Below, in pieces: positions 39,052 through 49,308 of a stretch of DNA of 64,000 bases; the stretch's first letter is position 1; each line of letters starts with the position of its first letter. The DNA lies in NCBI GenBank assembly GCA_002402455.1, contig DHFX01000001.1:3358-67357 (forward strand), in the 5' to 3' direction. The notes beneath the pieces are model-generated. The model did not search any database, was not told the origin of the DNA, and saw only the letters and a program-made list of their open reading frames with translations. The position numbers and the translations under genes were made by a program. The stretch comes from Candidatus Dojkabacteria bacterium UBA4813 (GTDB lineage: Bacteria; Patescibacteriota; Dojkabacteria; SC72).

Positions 39052-40266
39052 CTATGCCTTGAATATAATTTTGCATAGCTTTCTTCCTACACGGACTTCG
39101 GGTTTGCTGGAAGTTTTGATGAGATGGTGGTACTGGGTGATCTTTTTACCTGCTATTTTTACAGCACCCTGTTCTACTAGCCTTTTTGCTTCTGATTTGC
39201 TAGTTGCGAAACCAATTTCTACGAGTAATTGGTTTAGGGGAATCTCCTCTTTTGCGATTTCTATAACTGGTATTTGTACGTCCTCACCTTTGTTTTGAAA
39301 TACAGATTCGAAGAACTTTTGAGCTTCTTTTGCCTCTTTTACGCTGGTTATCTCTGAGGTTATTTTGAATGCCAACTCTTTTTTAAGTTTCATTGGGTTC
39401 TCTTTAGAGTTTAATCTCTTTTTATATTCTTTAACTTGGTTCATACTTGTGGAGGTTAGGATTTCAAATCCGTTAATAATCATGTCGTCGTTGAATGCCA
39501 TTACTTTTCCATAGATTTCCTCTGGTTTGTCGTTCATTTTTATCATGTTTCCTTCCGACTTGCCCATTTTCTTCCCATCTGCAGTTTCAAGAAGTTTTGT
39601 AGTAAGTACAATCTTTTCTTTGCCAAGTTCGGACATTATTAGATCTCTTCCGGCTAACATATTGAATAACTGGTCATTCCCACCTATCTCGACATCTATA
39701 TTCATCATTACGCAGTCGTATCCTTGCATAACAGGATATAGGAATTCGTTAAGATGTATAGGTTTGTTTTGTTGTAATCTTTTTTGGAACATATCTCTCT
39801 TTAACATTTGCTGAACTGTGAACTTAGAAGCAAGTTTTATTATGTCTCCAAAGTTTAGTTTTTCTAACCATTCACCATTGTAAAGTATCTCTACGGGATT
39901 CTCTTTGTTGCTAATATCTATAATCTTTGAAGCTTGTTTGACATAATCTTTCATGTTTTGCTCCACTTCTTCTTTTGTTAGCATCTGTCTTGTTGCAGTT
40001 TTGTCAGAGGGATCTCCTACTCTCGCGGTGAAATCTCCTATAAGGAAGATGACATGGTGTCCAAGTTTTCTGAAATCTTCAAGTTTTCTCATTCCTACTG
40101 TGTGGCCAATGTGCAGGGTGTCTGCGGTTGGGTCAAACCCTTGGTAGATGTTTAGCCTTTTGCCGGACTCTAACAAATTTCTTAAAGCTTCTTCCGTTGG
40201 GAGTATCTGCTCAACTGCTTTTTTAAGAATTCTTTCTATTATTTCTTTATCTTTTTTAATTTCCAT
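39052..40266 (-). CDS. tyrS: Tyrosine--tRNA ligase
   Basis: GFDPTADTLHIGH, GGNDQ, KMGKS, C-terminal S4 domain. Confidence 0.97.
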   Translation of the reverse strand: MEIKKDKEIIERILKKAVEQILPTEEALRNLLESGKRLNIYQGFDPTADTLHIGHTVGMRKLEDFRKLGHHVIFLIGDFTARVGDPSDKTATRQMLTKEEVEQNMKDYVKQASKIIDISNKENPVEILYNGEWLEKLNFGDIIKLASKFTVQQMLKRDMFQKRLQQNKPIHLNEFLYPVMQGYDCVMMNIDVEIGGNDQLFNMLAGRDLIMSELGKEKIVLTTKLLETADGKKMGKSEGNMIKMNDKPEEIYGKVMAFNDDMIINGFEILTSTSMNQVKEYKKRLNSKENPMKLKKELAFKITSEITSVKEAKEAQKFFESVFQNKGEDVQIPVIEIAKEEIPLNQLLVEIGFATSKSEAKRLVEQGAVKIAGKKITQYHHLIKTSSKPEVRVGRKLCKIIFKA

Positions 40267-40317
40267 GCAGAATATTATATATATATTGTGTTAAGTTTTC
40301 CACTTTATATTGAATCT

Positions 40318-41535
40318 TTAATTACTTTTTAAATATGTTCTATTCTTTAATTTGTCCGGCATACATTGCTGTTTGGATTTTTTAGATTCTAAGTCATGGT
40401 CATATTGATAGCCTTTTGAGTAACCGATATCCTTCATTAGTTTTGTAGGGGCATTTCTTAGGTGCATAGGAACTGGAAGATTGCCATACTTCTCTATATC
40501 TCCTTTTACGAGATTTTCTACTTTGTAAGCTGTATTATCTTTTGGCGCTTTTGCAAGATATATGGCCAGTTGTATTAAAAAAACTTCACATTCCGGCATC
40601 CCGATCTTCTGACAAGATTCGTAAACATTGTTTGCAAGAATTAAAGCATTAGGATCTGCATTCCCGATATCTTCACTTGCAAATCTTAGTAATCTTCTTG
40701 CGATATAGAGGGGGTCTTCTCCACCGCTTAACATTCTACCAACCCAGTAAGCAGCGGCATCCGGATTGGAAGATCTCATGGACTTGTGTATTGCCGATAT
40801 TATATTGTAGTGTTCTTCTCCATTTTTGTCGTAATATATCGGTTTTTGTATTGTGTTTTCTAGTATCTCCATGGTGATCTTGGCTTTCTTGTTCTCTTCT
40901 TTTTGTGAAATTGCTATTGTACTTGCCATTTCCAGAATATTTAATCCTGATCTTATATCCCCATTTGCGAGATTCGCCATGGCCTTTAATTCGTTCTTTC
41001 CAATTATTAGATCTGGAAATTCTTTCTTTGCTATTTTTGAAAGAAGTTTCTGGATATCTTCCTCACTTTGCTGTTTAAAAAGAAAGACTTTTGTTCTGGA
41101 AAGTAATGGAGTATTAACTGTAAAAGACGGATTCTCTGTTGTTGCCCCTATTAGGGTTATTAGTCCTTTTTCAATGTAAGGCAGGAGAGCATCTTGTTGA
41201 GCCTTATTCCATCTGTGTATTTCATCTAAGAAGAGGATTGTCTTTCTACCGTATTGCTTGTTTGCTGTAGCAATCTTTATTATTTTTCTTAATTGTTCTT
41301 TACCGCTATTTACTGCAGAGAGTTTGTGGAAGTCAAAGAAGAGGTTAAGGGAGATTATGTAAGCAAGAGTTGTTTTTCCTGTTCCGGGCGGACCCCAAAA
41401 TATCATGGAGGGAATCTTTTCTGTGTCTAAGAATTTCTTAATGGGCCCATTTTCTCCTATAAGATGTTTTTGACCAACAAAATCTTCTAACTTTTTAGGT
41501 CTGTATTTTGAAGCTAGGGGCTCGTAATTTGCCAT
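40318..41535 (-). CDS. rarA: Replication-associated recombination protein A
   Basis: PLASKYRP, GPPGTGKT, DEIHRWNKAQQD, GATTENP, ASEDIG. Confidence 0.96.
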   Translation of the reverse strand: MANYEPLASKYRPKKLEDFVGQKHLIGENGPIKKFLDTEKIPSMIFWGPPGTGKTTLAYIISLNLFFDFHKLSAVNSGKEQLRKIIKIATANKQYGRKTILFLDEIHRWNKAQQDALLPYIEKGLITLIGATTENPSFTVNTPLLSRTKVFLFKQQSEEDIQKLLSKIAKKEFPDLIIGKNELKAMANLANGDIRSGLNILEMASTIAISQKEENKKAKITMEILENTIQKPIYYDKNGEEHYNIISAIHKSMRSSNPDAAAYWVGRMLSGGEDPLYIARRLLRFASEDIGNADPNALILANNVYESCQKIGMPECEVFLIQLAIYLAKAPKDNTAYKVENLVKGDIEKYGNLPVPMHLRNAPTKLMKDIGYSKGYQYDHDLESKKSKQQCMPDKLKNRTYLKSN

Positions 41536-41548
41536 AATTGATTATACT

Positions 41549-42106
41549 TTATCTGTATATGTAAAGGGGATTTCCATCTTTAAGTATAATTTTCTCTTCC
41601 CTAGTTGTCTCTTTTTTGTTATTCACATTAATATTCTTTATATTATATTTGTAAGAGTAAACTTCTCCCCCACTCTTTACAAACTCTTCCAGCTTTGGTT
41701 TCAATATCTCCAAACTTTTTTCGTCTAAATAACAATATACTTTTGTGAATTTTTCTAAATCTACTTTAAAAATATCTTCCGCTTCAAAAGTAAAATCTTT
41801 ACTTAAAGGAAATTGTAATATCTTTTTTGTTTGAGCAATTATTAGCATCATTGGGGATATATCATAGCCTGTGCATTTGCATCCACTACTGCCGTGAGCT
41901 TTTAAAAGTAGTCTTCCATCTCCACTTCCCAAATCTGCAAGGTGATCTCCTTTTTCAAGGTCCATTATATCTATAATTTCACTAATTACTTCTTTCGGAG
42001 TTTTTAACAAGGGAATTAGGAAGGCATTAATAAATAGAGTTAGGATGAAACCAAGCAGAAGGAGGACAATAACAGTCATTATTCCTAGGCTTATTCCGTT
42101 TAACAT
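41549..42106 (-). CDS. Membrane-anchored class I SAM-dependent methyltransferase
   Basis: N-terminal TM; ADLGSGDGR, GYDIS, VYCYL. Confidence 0.85.
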   Translation of the reverse strand: MLNGISLGIMTVIVLLLLGFILTLFINAFLIPLLKTPKEVISEIIDIMDLEKGDHLADLGSGDGRLLLKAHGSSGCKCTGYDISPMMLIIAQTKKILQFPLSKDFTFEAEDIFKVDLEKFTKVYCYLDEKSLEILKPKLEEFVKSGGEVYSYKYNIKNINVNNKKETTREEKIILKDGNPLYIYR

Positions 42107-42147
42107 AGTGGTATAATTCCTTGATTAATATTACATTTACATAATAG

Positions 42148-42828
42148 ATGATAGACGGAATCTTGTTAATAAACAAACAGGCAAATATTACATCTTATGA
42201 TGTCGTAAGAAGATTAAAAAAAGTTCTCCCACACGGGCAAAAAATAGGTCATGGAGGAACTTTAGATCCTTTTGCAACTGGCTTGTTAATTATCCTTCTT
42301 GGGAAATACACAAAGAAAATGGTTGAGATTTTAGAAATGGAAAAAGAGTACATTGTAAAAGCCCAATTTGGTTATGCTACGGATACACAAGATGTTACAG
42401 GAAAGAAGGTAGGTGAAATTTCTAATTTAAAGGCTGTTAAGCATGCTGAAATAGAAAAACTAATTAAAGAGAATTTTGTTGGTGAAATTAGCCAAGTTCC
42501 TCCCCAATTTTCAGCAAGAAAGATAGAAGGAAAAAAGGCATATGAATTTGCAAGAAAGGGAGAGCAAGTTGAGCTTCAATCAAAAGTAGTAACCATTAAG
42601 AATTTTGAAATTACAAACTATGACTGGCCTTTTGTTACTTTTAATATAATCTGCTCAAGTGGAACTTACGTTCGGACTCTCATTAATGACCTTGGTCAAT
42701 TGTTAAGAACCTTTGCAACAGCTGTGGAATTGAAAAGGACTAGGATAGGAGAATATACTCTTGAAAATGCCATTAAGTCAGAAGAGATCTCTAAAGAGTT
42801 GGATATAAATTTAAGATTAATAAAATGA
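42148..42828 (+). CDS. truB: tRNA pseudouridine(55) synthase
   Basis: GHGGTLDPFATGLL, QVPPQFSA, CSSGTYVRTL. Confidence 0.96.
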   Translation: MIDGILLINKQANITSYDVVRRLKKVLPHGQKIGHGGTLDPFATGLLIILLGKYTKKMVEILEMEKEYIVKAQFGYATDTQDVTGKKVGEISNLKAVKHAEIEKLIKENFVGEISQVPPQFSARKIEGKKAYEFARKGEQVELQSKVVTIKNFEITNYDWPFVTFNIICSSGTYVRTLINDLGQLLRTFATAVELKRTRIGEYTLENAIKSEEISKELDINLRLIK

Positions 42829-43517
42829 TAAAAGGTAAATTATATGTAGTTGCTACTCCGATAGGGAATCTTTCTGACATAACCTTTAGAGCTGTAGATA
42901 TTCTAAAGAAGGTTCCATTCATACTTGCGGAAGATACAAGGGAAAGCAAAAAGCTTCTTGAAAAATACAATATTCAAACGCAATTAGTTTCTTATAGAGA
43001 TGAAAATCATGAAAGGGTTCTTGGGAAAATTTTGGAAAAGTTAAATATGGGGTTAGATTTAGCCCTTATATCAGATGCAGGGACTCCGTTGATTTCTGAC
43101 CCTGGATATAAACTTGTGAGGTACTTAAGAGAAAATAACTTTGAGGTAATCTCTATTCCCGGTCCTAGTGCTCTAATAGCGGCTTTATCTGTGAGTGGCT
43201 TCCCTACAGACAGATTTGTTTTCTTCGGTTTTCTTCCAAAGAGTAAAATTAAAAGAGAGAAAATAATCTCTGAATACAAAGATCTACACAACACGCTTGT
43301 TTTTTATGAATCTCCGAAGAGATTAATTGATTTCTTAAATATGATTTATAAAGTGTTCGGTGAAGTGAAAATATTTTTAGCAAAGGATATCTCCAAATTA
43401 AGAGAGGAATACTTTTATGGAAGTATTCCTGAAATACGGGAAATTTTAGATGAGAGAAATTTTGCAGATAATCCTCATGGAGAATTTGTGTGTATTGTGG
43501 ATATTAGAAAGGATTAA
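42825..43517 (+). CDS. rsmI: 16S rRNA (cytidine1402-2'-O)-methyltransferase
   Basis: LYVVATPIGNL, AEDTR, SDAGTPLISDPG, FYESPKR. Confidence 0.96.
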   Translation: MIKGKLYVVATPIGNLSDITFRAVDILKKVPFILAEDTRESKKLLEKYNIQTQLVSYRDENHERVLGKILEKLNMGLDLALISDAGTPLISDPGYKLVRYLRENNFEVISIPGPSALIAALSVSGFPTDRFVFFGFLPKSKIKREKIISEYKDLHNTLVFYESPKRLIDFLNMIYKVFGEVKIFLAKDISKLREEYFYGSIPEIREILDERNFADNPHGEFVCIVDIRKD

Positions 43518-44404
43518 ATTTCTAATTTTCTTATAAAAACCTTTTCGTAATTTTTATCTGTTTCTTTTTCTAATTCCTTTGGTGAAATGTTTTTTACTTT
43601 TGCTGCCGCTTCAATGATTTCCTTAATATCTGCCGGCTGTGCAAATTTGTTTTTAATCTTTTTATTTTTTCTAACAGATTGTGGAGGGAGAAACGGTCCG
43701 TCTGTTTCAAACAGGATTCTTTCAACGGGTGTCTCTTTTAGAATTTGTCTTACATCTTCTCCGCTTTTGTAGGTGATTATGGCGTTAAATCCCACATAGA
43801 AACCTAGATCTAAAATCGGTTGAAGATATTTAATATCTCCACTGTAGCTATGAAAGCAACCTCGTGCTAATCCTTTGCCTTCCCTTGCAACAATATTAAT
43901 AACATCCTCTACACATTCGTTGCTCCCACTTATATCTCTTGCATGTATGCTTAAAGGAAAGTTGTTTTCAACGGCAATTTGAACCTGCTTCCCGAAAGAT
44001 TGCTTCTGTATATCTTTTATTTCTTTTTTTATCTTTGGGTTCAAATCTTTTTGTAGACCTATTTGGTAGTAATCTAGTCCAGTTTCTCCTATTGCTTTGA
44101 TGTTAGGGAGATTCCTTTTTAATATGATCATAAACTTTGTAAGAAGTTCTTTAGACTGATCGGAGATATGATTCTCATTGCCTTTCTCTATAGTGTTCTC
44201 CTCGAAGAATACAGGATGCAAACCTAGTGCAACATCTATTATATTTGGATACTGTTTACCTATTTCCAGACTTGTATTAATATCTTCAAGGTCTGTACTC
44301 TGAGTTAGTATATATTTTCCACCTTTTTCCAAGAAGGTGTCTACTATTCTAGGTAAGTCGGATTTTAGCGGCTCCATTGCTAAATGTATATGTGCGTCAT
44401 GCAT
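43514..44404 (-). CDS. tatD: TatD family nuclease
   Basis: DAHIH, GLHP, IGETGLDY, HAR, HSYSG, ETDGP. Start moved to ATG 44404, which follows TGT-TAGAAT by 5 nt. Confidence 0.93.
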   Translation of the reverse strand: MHDAHIHLAMEPLKSDLPRIVDTFLEKGGKYILTQSTDLEDINTSLEIGKQYPNIIDVALGLHPVFFEENTIEKGNENHISDQSKELLTKFMIILKRNLPNIKAIGETGLDYYQIGLQKDLNPKIKKEIKDIQKQSFGKQVQIAVENNFPLSIHARDISGSNECVEDVINIVAREGKGLARGCFHSYSGDIKYLQPILDLGFYVGFNAIITYKSGEDVRQILKETPVERILFETDGPFLPPQSVRKNKKIKNKFAQPADIKEIIEAAAKVKNISPKELEKETDKNYEKVFIRKLEI

Positions 44405-44444
44405 GGCATATTCTAACACATGTTGTGGTAAAATATAGTCTGAT

Positions 44445-45155
44445 ATGGCAAAAGTTAAACAAAGGAATTGGTTGCTGTTAATAACATTTGTTTTGGTGTT
44501 CAGCGCTCTTGTTATACTAGTTACAACTCTACGAGAAGATCTGAAGACAGAGTCTTGTGTTTACAAGGGAGTTGAATACTCTGTAAATGATCCTATTTCA
44601 GAATATGAAGATGGTAAGGATTGTATCTGTTCTAATTCTGGGGAGATAGTCTGCAAAGAAGAGGAGTCAAGCATGTCCTATGAAGGTTTCGTGAATGAAA
44701 GTATGTCTTTTACGTACAGTTTTGGAAATTATTTGGATAAGGATCAACCAAACTTGGTAGATGCAAAATTGGTAGATATTCAATATAATAACTCTTCATT
44801 AAGGATTGTTATAGAAAGAGAAACCTTGTGTGGGGATTTTAACGAAACTCCTGTTCAAGCAGGAATGTATAAACTTGAGGAGGAAGGAATAGTTTTGACT
44901 GCTATAACAAACAGAGATGAAAGTATATATGGCAGGGTTTGTTTGATAGGTAATACTTTTGAAATTCAAAATATCATACTTGCAGATAAATCCAGATTCT
45001 CTGTCTCGTATCAGAATGACCAAGGGGATATGACAAACTTTAGAACATGTTTTGCAAATGGGAATATTTATTTAAATGGTGATGTTTTTAAAGATTCGGA
45101 GAGTAATAGTATTTGTACCTGTTCGGGACCAGAGTTTGAATGTGAGCAGCTTTAA
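44445..45155 (+). CDS. Membrane-anchored Cys-rich protein with two FN1/VWC-like modules
   Basis: N-terminal TM; CVYKGVEY...CIC...GEIVC and CFANGNIY...CTC...FEC. Confidence 0.7.
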   Translation: MAKVKQRNWLLLITFVLVFSALVILVTTLREDLKTESCVYKGVEYSVNDPISEYEDGKDCICSNSGEIVCKEEESSMSYEGFVNESMSFTYSFGNYLDKDQPNLVDAKLVDIQYNNSSLRIVIERETLCGDFNETPVQAGMYKLEEEGIVLTAITNRDESIYGRVCLIGNTFEIQNIILADKSRFSVSYQNDQGDMTNFRTCFANGNIYLNGDVFKDSESNSICTCSGPEFECEQL

Positions 45156-45156
45156 T

Positions 45157-46185
45157 CTAAATTAGTCCTATATATATCCCAACGATGCACGTAAACAGTG
45201 TAAATAACCAGAATCTCATTACTACTTTGTATTGAGGCCATCCGTTTGCTTGAAAGTGGTGGTGTATTGGTGCTATCTTGAAGACCCTCTTTTTTAAAAA
45301 TTTCATACTAAACATCTGTATTGCACTAGATGCCATAATAATCCAAGTTATGGAAGACATTATGAAGTATGGCAAGATATTGTCTGTAACCAAAGCCACA
45401 AAAAACATTGTAAAACCAAGTGGCATAGCACCTGGCCCACCATTCCAGAATCTTGCAGGAGGAATATTAAAGTACAGATCTATGAGTTGAACTCCTAAGA
45501 TTATTGCAAGTATAGGAACGAATTCATATTGACCTTGGATAGTTAGAAGGAATATCATCGCAAGATTTATTATGGTGAATATCCCGATCATTAAACCGTC
45601 TGCTCCGTCTGTTAGTTCCGCAGAATATATAGCAAACTGACCAACAACTGCTGTTATGATTAAGATTATGGGTGTAACGTTGATGGCTACTAAATCTAGT
45701 AAGTTTATTGTGGTTATTTCCCCTGTTTTACTTAGCAAATACATAACTCCAATATTTAGCAATATAGAAAAGGTAAGTTTACCCATTCTCCACTCAAAAG
45801 TTTCTTGAAAAGCTCTTATTTTTTCATTGTTCTTAAATCCGTTTGTAAATACTGCAACATCTATAAATCCCCAGAAACCAAAAAGTGCAAAACCGATTAG
45901 AAAGACTTTAACAATGGGTGTTACTGAAACAAGGGCAAGTGTTAATAATGGAACTAATATCCATATTAAAATTCCTCCCATATTAGGTGTCCCGTTTGTC
46001 AGAGTTGAGTTCATTATTCTCATAAAGAGGCTGTTGTCTCCATCCCCTGCTCCGATCTTTGTTTTCTTAATCCCGCTTACTTGGTTAAATTTATAAAGTA
46101 TTGAGATCATGATCGGGGCAAATATTGCAGAGACAATGGTTGATATAAACAATGCCTCTAAGCTGGTTTTTAATGTATCTGTCAT
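45157..46185 (-). CDS. mraY: MraY-family phospho-MurNAc-pentapeptide transferase (divergent active site)
   Basis: GTPNMGG, LTDGADGL, FNIPPA, APIHHHF; downstream of ftsI. Confidence 0.88.
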   Translation of the reverse strand: MTDTLKTSLEALFISTIVSAIFAPIMISILYKFNQVSGIKKTKIGAGDGDNSLFMRIMNSTLTNGTPNMGGILIWILVPLLTLALVSVTPIVKVFLIGFALFGFWGFIDVAVFTNGFKNNEKIRAFQETFEWRMGKLTFSILLNIGVMYLLSKTGEITTINLLDLVAINVTPIILIITAVVGQFAIYSAELTDGADGLMIGIFTIINLAMIFLLTIQGQYEFVPILAIILGVQLIDLYFNIPPARFWNGGPGAMPLGFTMFFVALVTDNILPYFIMSSITWIIMASSAIQMFSMKFLKKRVFKIAPIHHHFQANGWPQYKVVMRFWLFTLFTCIVGIYIGLI

Positions 46186-46235
46186 TTGTTATAGAGATAA
46201 GTATATAAGTATAAATATGAACTGTGTATATTATC

Positions 46236-48074
46236 TCAATTAATCTTTTTAATTTCCAGATCGTCTGCAATAGAAAGGAAAATGTCTCTCCACACAGGAA
46301 CGGTTGTTAAACTTGAGAAAGCGGCAGTTTTTGGTTCTTCAAGTTTAACAAGCATAATCATTTTGGGATCATCTGAAGGTGCAAATCCAATAACTGTATC
46401 GTTAGAAAGATCCTCATTATATCCAGTTCCTTCCTTGTTGGGTATCTGGGCAGTTCCTGTTTTAGCGGCCAGGTCATATTCCAGAAGGGGTTTTCCTAAT
46501 GCTGAGAGGGAGTTGTTTTTGACAGCTTTGACTAGTGCCTTAGTTATAATATCGGCAGTTTCTTTTGAAATAGGTTCTGTAATAACTTGTGGAGAGATAT
46601 TAATAACTTCTTTTTCATCACTTATTTGGGAAATTATATATGGTCTCATTCTTACTCCGTCGTTTGCTATTGTGCTAAATGCGGAAATAAGTTGTAGGGG
46701 TGTTGCAGATATTCCTCCCTGTCCGTATGAGGCTGTGATTGTATCTAGCTTTGTCCAAGTTTCTTTCGACTTAAGATAGCTTGTACTTTCTTCTTGTAGT
46801 CCAATACCGATAAATTCCCCAATTCCGAAATCCTTGAGGGAGGAGTAGAATTCATCGAATTCTATATCTAGTGCTACAAGAGCGGCACATGGGTTGTTTG
46901 AGGTTCTAAATATTCCGGATATATCCAAAATTCCTGCAGGTAATCTATTCCAAGTATAGATTCTCTTTCCTTTCAGGTCTGCATATCCTGTAACTTTATA
47001 AAGGTCTAAGTAACCTGTTGCATCGTTGCATATAAAATTTTCATCAATCACATCATTTTCGATTGCAATTGCAAGTGTAATCGGTTTTTGGATGGAACCA
47101 TACTCATAGACATCTGCTACAGCCCTGTTTCTTAATATCCAGGGTTCAGAAACTCTCCAATACTCATTGGGATCATATGTTGGGTAATTTGCCATTGCAA
47201 GTATGGCTCCTGTCTTTGGATCCATTATTATTGCAGAGCCACTTCTTGCTCTACTTTCTCTTACTCCCTTCTCCAATTCCTCCTCTACTTTTGCTTGCAG
47301 ATTCGGGACTATTGTAAGTTTGAAGTCTTTTCCGTTTCTTGGCAATATGGGTTCATATTCTGCTGTAAGGATAACATTCCCGGAGGAATCTTTTTCCTCA
47401 TATGAATACCCTTCTCTTCCGGTTATATCTCCATAATAATATCCCTGGATACCATATTGTCCGACTGGATCACCAAATTCGTCTTGCCCAATGAAACCTA
47501 AAATATGTGCAGCTAACTCGTTGTTAGGGTAAACCCTTTTCTCCTCATTTTCAAAATAGAGGCCAAAACCCTGTGTCCCTGGACCAAAGATTTCGACTTG
47601 TTCTAAAGCCTTTTTCTTTTCTGTTGATACACCCTTAGCAATAGGTGTGTAAACAAAGTCATCTGTTAATTTGGAATCTATCGCTTCTTTTTCAACGCCT
47701 AAAATGGAGGAAACTTCACTTACAAACAGATCTCGATTTTCAAAAAATATAGTTCTTTCATCTTCGTTTTTGCTTAACGATGCATATATATTCCATGCGG
47801 GTTCGTCAACAGCGAGCACGGTATCATCCGATGCAGTAATAACTCCCCTAGGAGCAACTTGAATCCTGTTTGTTTCGTATTGCCCTTGTGCTAGGTTTTT
47901 GAAGTCGTCTGCAAATAGGACTTGCCATCTAAAAATTTGAAATATCACAAGAAATGCTAGCAATGTAATGCCGTACCCCACATAAGTAATATTTAAACCT
48001 CCGGAGCTTTTTCTCTTTTTTGAGGACTTGCTTCTTTTAGTTTGTGTGGAATAAAGATGATTAAGGCTGGACAT
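46236..48074 (-). CDS. ftsI: Class B penicillin-binding protein (FtsI-like)
   Basis: APRGVIT, GAILAMANYPTYDPN, SIQK, SNN, KTGTAQ. Confidence 0.9.
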   Translation of the reverse strand: MSSLNHLYSTQTKRSKSSKKRKSSGGLNITYVGYGITLLAFLVIFQIFRWQVLFADDFKNLAQGQYETNRIQVAPRGVITASDDTVLAVDEPAWNIYASLSKNEDERTIFFENRDLFVSEVSSILGVEKEAIDSKLTDDFVYTPIAKGVSTEKKKALEQVEIFGPGTQGFGLYFENEEKRVYPNNELAAHILGFIGQDEFGDPVGQYGIQGYYYGDITGREGYSYEEKDSSGNVILTAEYEPILPRNGKDFKLTIVPNLQAKVEEELEKGVRESRARSGSAIIMDPKTGAILAMANYPTYDPNEYWRVSEPWILRNRAVADVYEYGSIQKPITLAIAIENDVIDENFICNDATGYLDLYKVTGYADLKGKRIYTWNRLPAGILDISGIFRTSNNPCAALVALDIEFDEFYSSLKDFGIGEFIGIGLQEESTSYLKSKETWTKLDTITASYGQGGISATPLQLISAFSTIANDGVRMRPYIISQISDEKEVINISPQVITEPISKETADIITKALVKAVKNNSLSALGKPLLEYDLAAKTGTAQIPNKEGTGYNEDLSNDTVIGFAPSDDPKMIMLVKLEEPKTAAFSSLTTVPVWRDIFLSIADDLEIKKIN

Positions 48075-48388
48075 TATTGTCTTTCAGCTATAACACCTGA
48101 ATCTTCTATATATATAATTACCCTTTCGGCATCTGAGGAGATATTTAATTTCTTGTTTGCAAGTTGTCTTATAACCATAATTGAATTTGTTTTTGCTATT
48201 TCCTCTTCCATTGAACGATTTTCCTCGACCAGATAGTTTTTTTCACTATTTAAGCTCTCTAGTTCCAAACCAAGTGGTGTAATAATAGAGTTTATGGCAA
48301 GTTGTGAGATAGTAAAAACAGCTAAAGTTCCAAGAAATATTGCTATTGGTAAATTTCTGTTTTTAAAATTTTGGGGTAGGTTGTTCAT
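48074..48388 (-). CDS. ftsL: FtsL-like cell division protein
   Basis: TM plus coiled coil; located between rsmH and ftsI. Confidence 0.65.
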   Translation of the reverse strand: MNNLPQNFKNRNLPIAIFLGTLAVFTISQLAINSIITPLGLELESLNSEKNYLVEENRSMEEEIAKTNSIMVIRQLANKKLNISSDAERVIIYIEDSGVIAERQ

Positions 48389-48411
48389 TTTCCTTAAAGA
48401 CTTAATATAAT

Positions 48412-49308
48412 CTAAGGTTTCTTGATTTTTATAAGTGTTCTTAACTTGGCGGAAGCGGATCTAGGGTTGTGCTTTTTTTCGTCATCGGTTGGGGCAATTT
48501 GACTTTTAAAAAGCATCTCCCCTTCTCCGCTTCCCTGTTTTTCTAAAAAGAATTTTTTTACTATTCGATCTTCTAGGGAATGGAAGGATATTACAGATAT
48601 TCTTCCTCCTTTTTGTAAGATCTCAAACGAATTGTCTAACCCGATTTTAAGATTGTTAAGCTCATCATTTACCACAATTCGCAGAGCCTGAAAGACTCTG
48701 CGAGAAGGGTTCTTATTTGAGTTAACCGGTACGACTTTGTAAACAAGTCGTGTGAGATCTCCCACAGTTTTGATATCAGAAATATTCTTTTTAATTTCTC
48801 TGGCTATTGATTTGGAATATCTTTCTTCTCCATATCTCCAGAAAAGGGTTGCAAGTTCTTTCTCAGGTAGGACTTTAAGTAAATCTAGAGCACTAACTCC
48901 AAGAGTTAAGTCCATTCTCATATCGAGTGGCTCATCTTCTTCATTGTAACTGAAGCCTCTCTGGTGAGATTCTTCCAGTTGTCTGGAAGATAATCCTAGG
49001 TCCATTAGTATTCCTAATGGTTTTCTATCGATTTCTTTAGTGAGTTCCTTGATGTCTTTAAAATTTCCTCTTTTAATGATCCAATTATCATGATTATTAA
49101 TCTCGTCTTTGTAATATTCTTTGACGAAATCAACAGCATGTTGATCATAATCGAGGCTCAACAGTAGTCCTTCTGGAGAGAGTTTGTTGAGTATTTCTAT
49201 ACTGTGTCCACCATCACCTAGTGTACAATCTATGTAGAAACCATCAGGTTGGATGTTTAGGGAATCTATACTTTCTTTTAGTAATACTGGAGTGTGTATC
49301 TTATCCAT
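48412..49308 (-). CDS. rsmH: 16S rRNA m4C1402 methyltransferase
   Basis: HTPVLL, DCTLGDGGHS, DLGLSS, FQALRI, SFHSLEDR, SAKLR. Confidence 0.97.
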   Translation of the reverse strand: MDKIHTPVLLKESIDSLNIQPDGFYIDCTLGDGGHSIEILNKLSPEGLLLSLDYDQHAVDFVKEYYKDEINNHDNWIIKRGNFKDIKELTKEIDRKPLGILMDLGLSSRQLEESHQRGFSYNEEDEPLDMRMDLTLGVSALDLLKVLPEKELATLFWRYGEERYSKSIAREIKKNISDIKTVGDLTRLVYKVVPVNSNKNPSRRVFQALRIVVNDELNNLKIGLDNSFEILQKGGRISVISFHSLEDRIVKKFFLEKQGSGEGEMLFKSQIAPTDDEKKHNPRSASAKLRTLIKIKKP

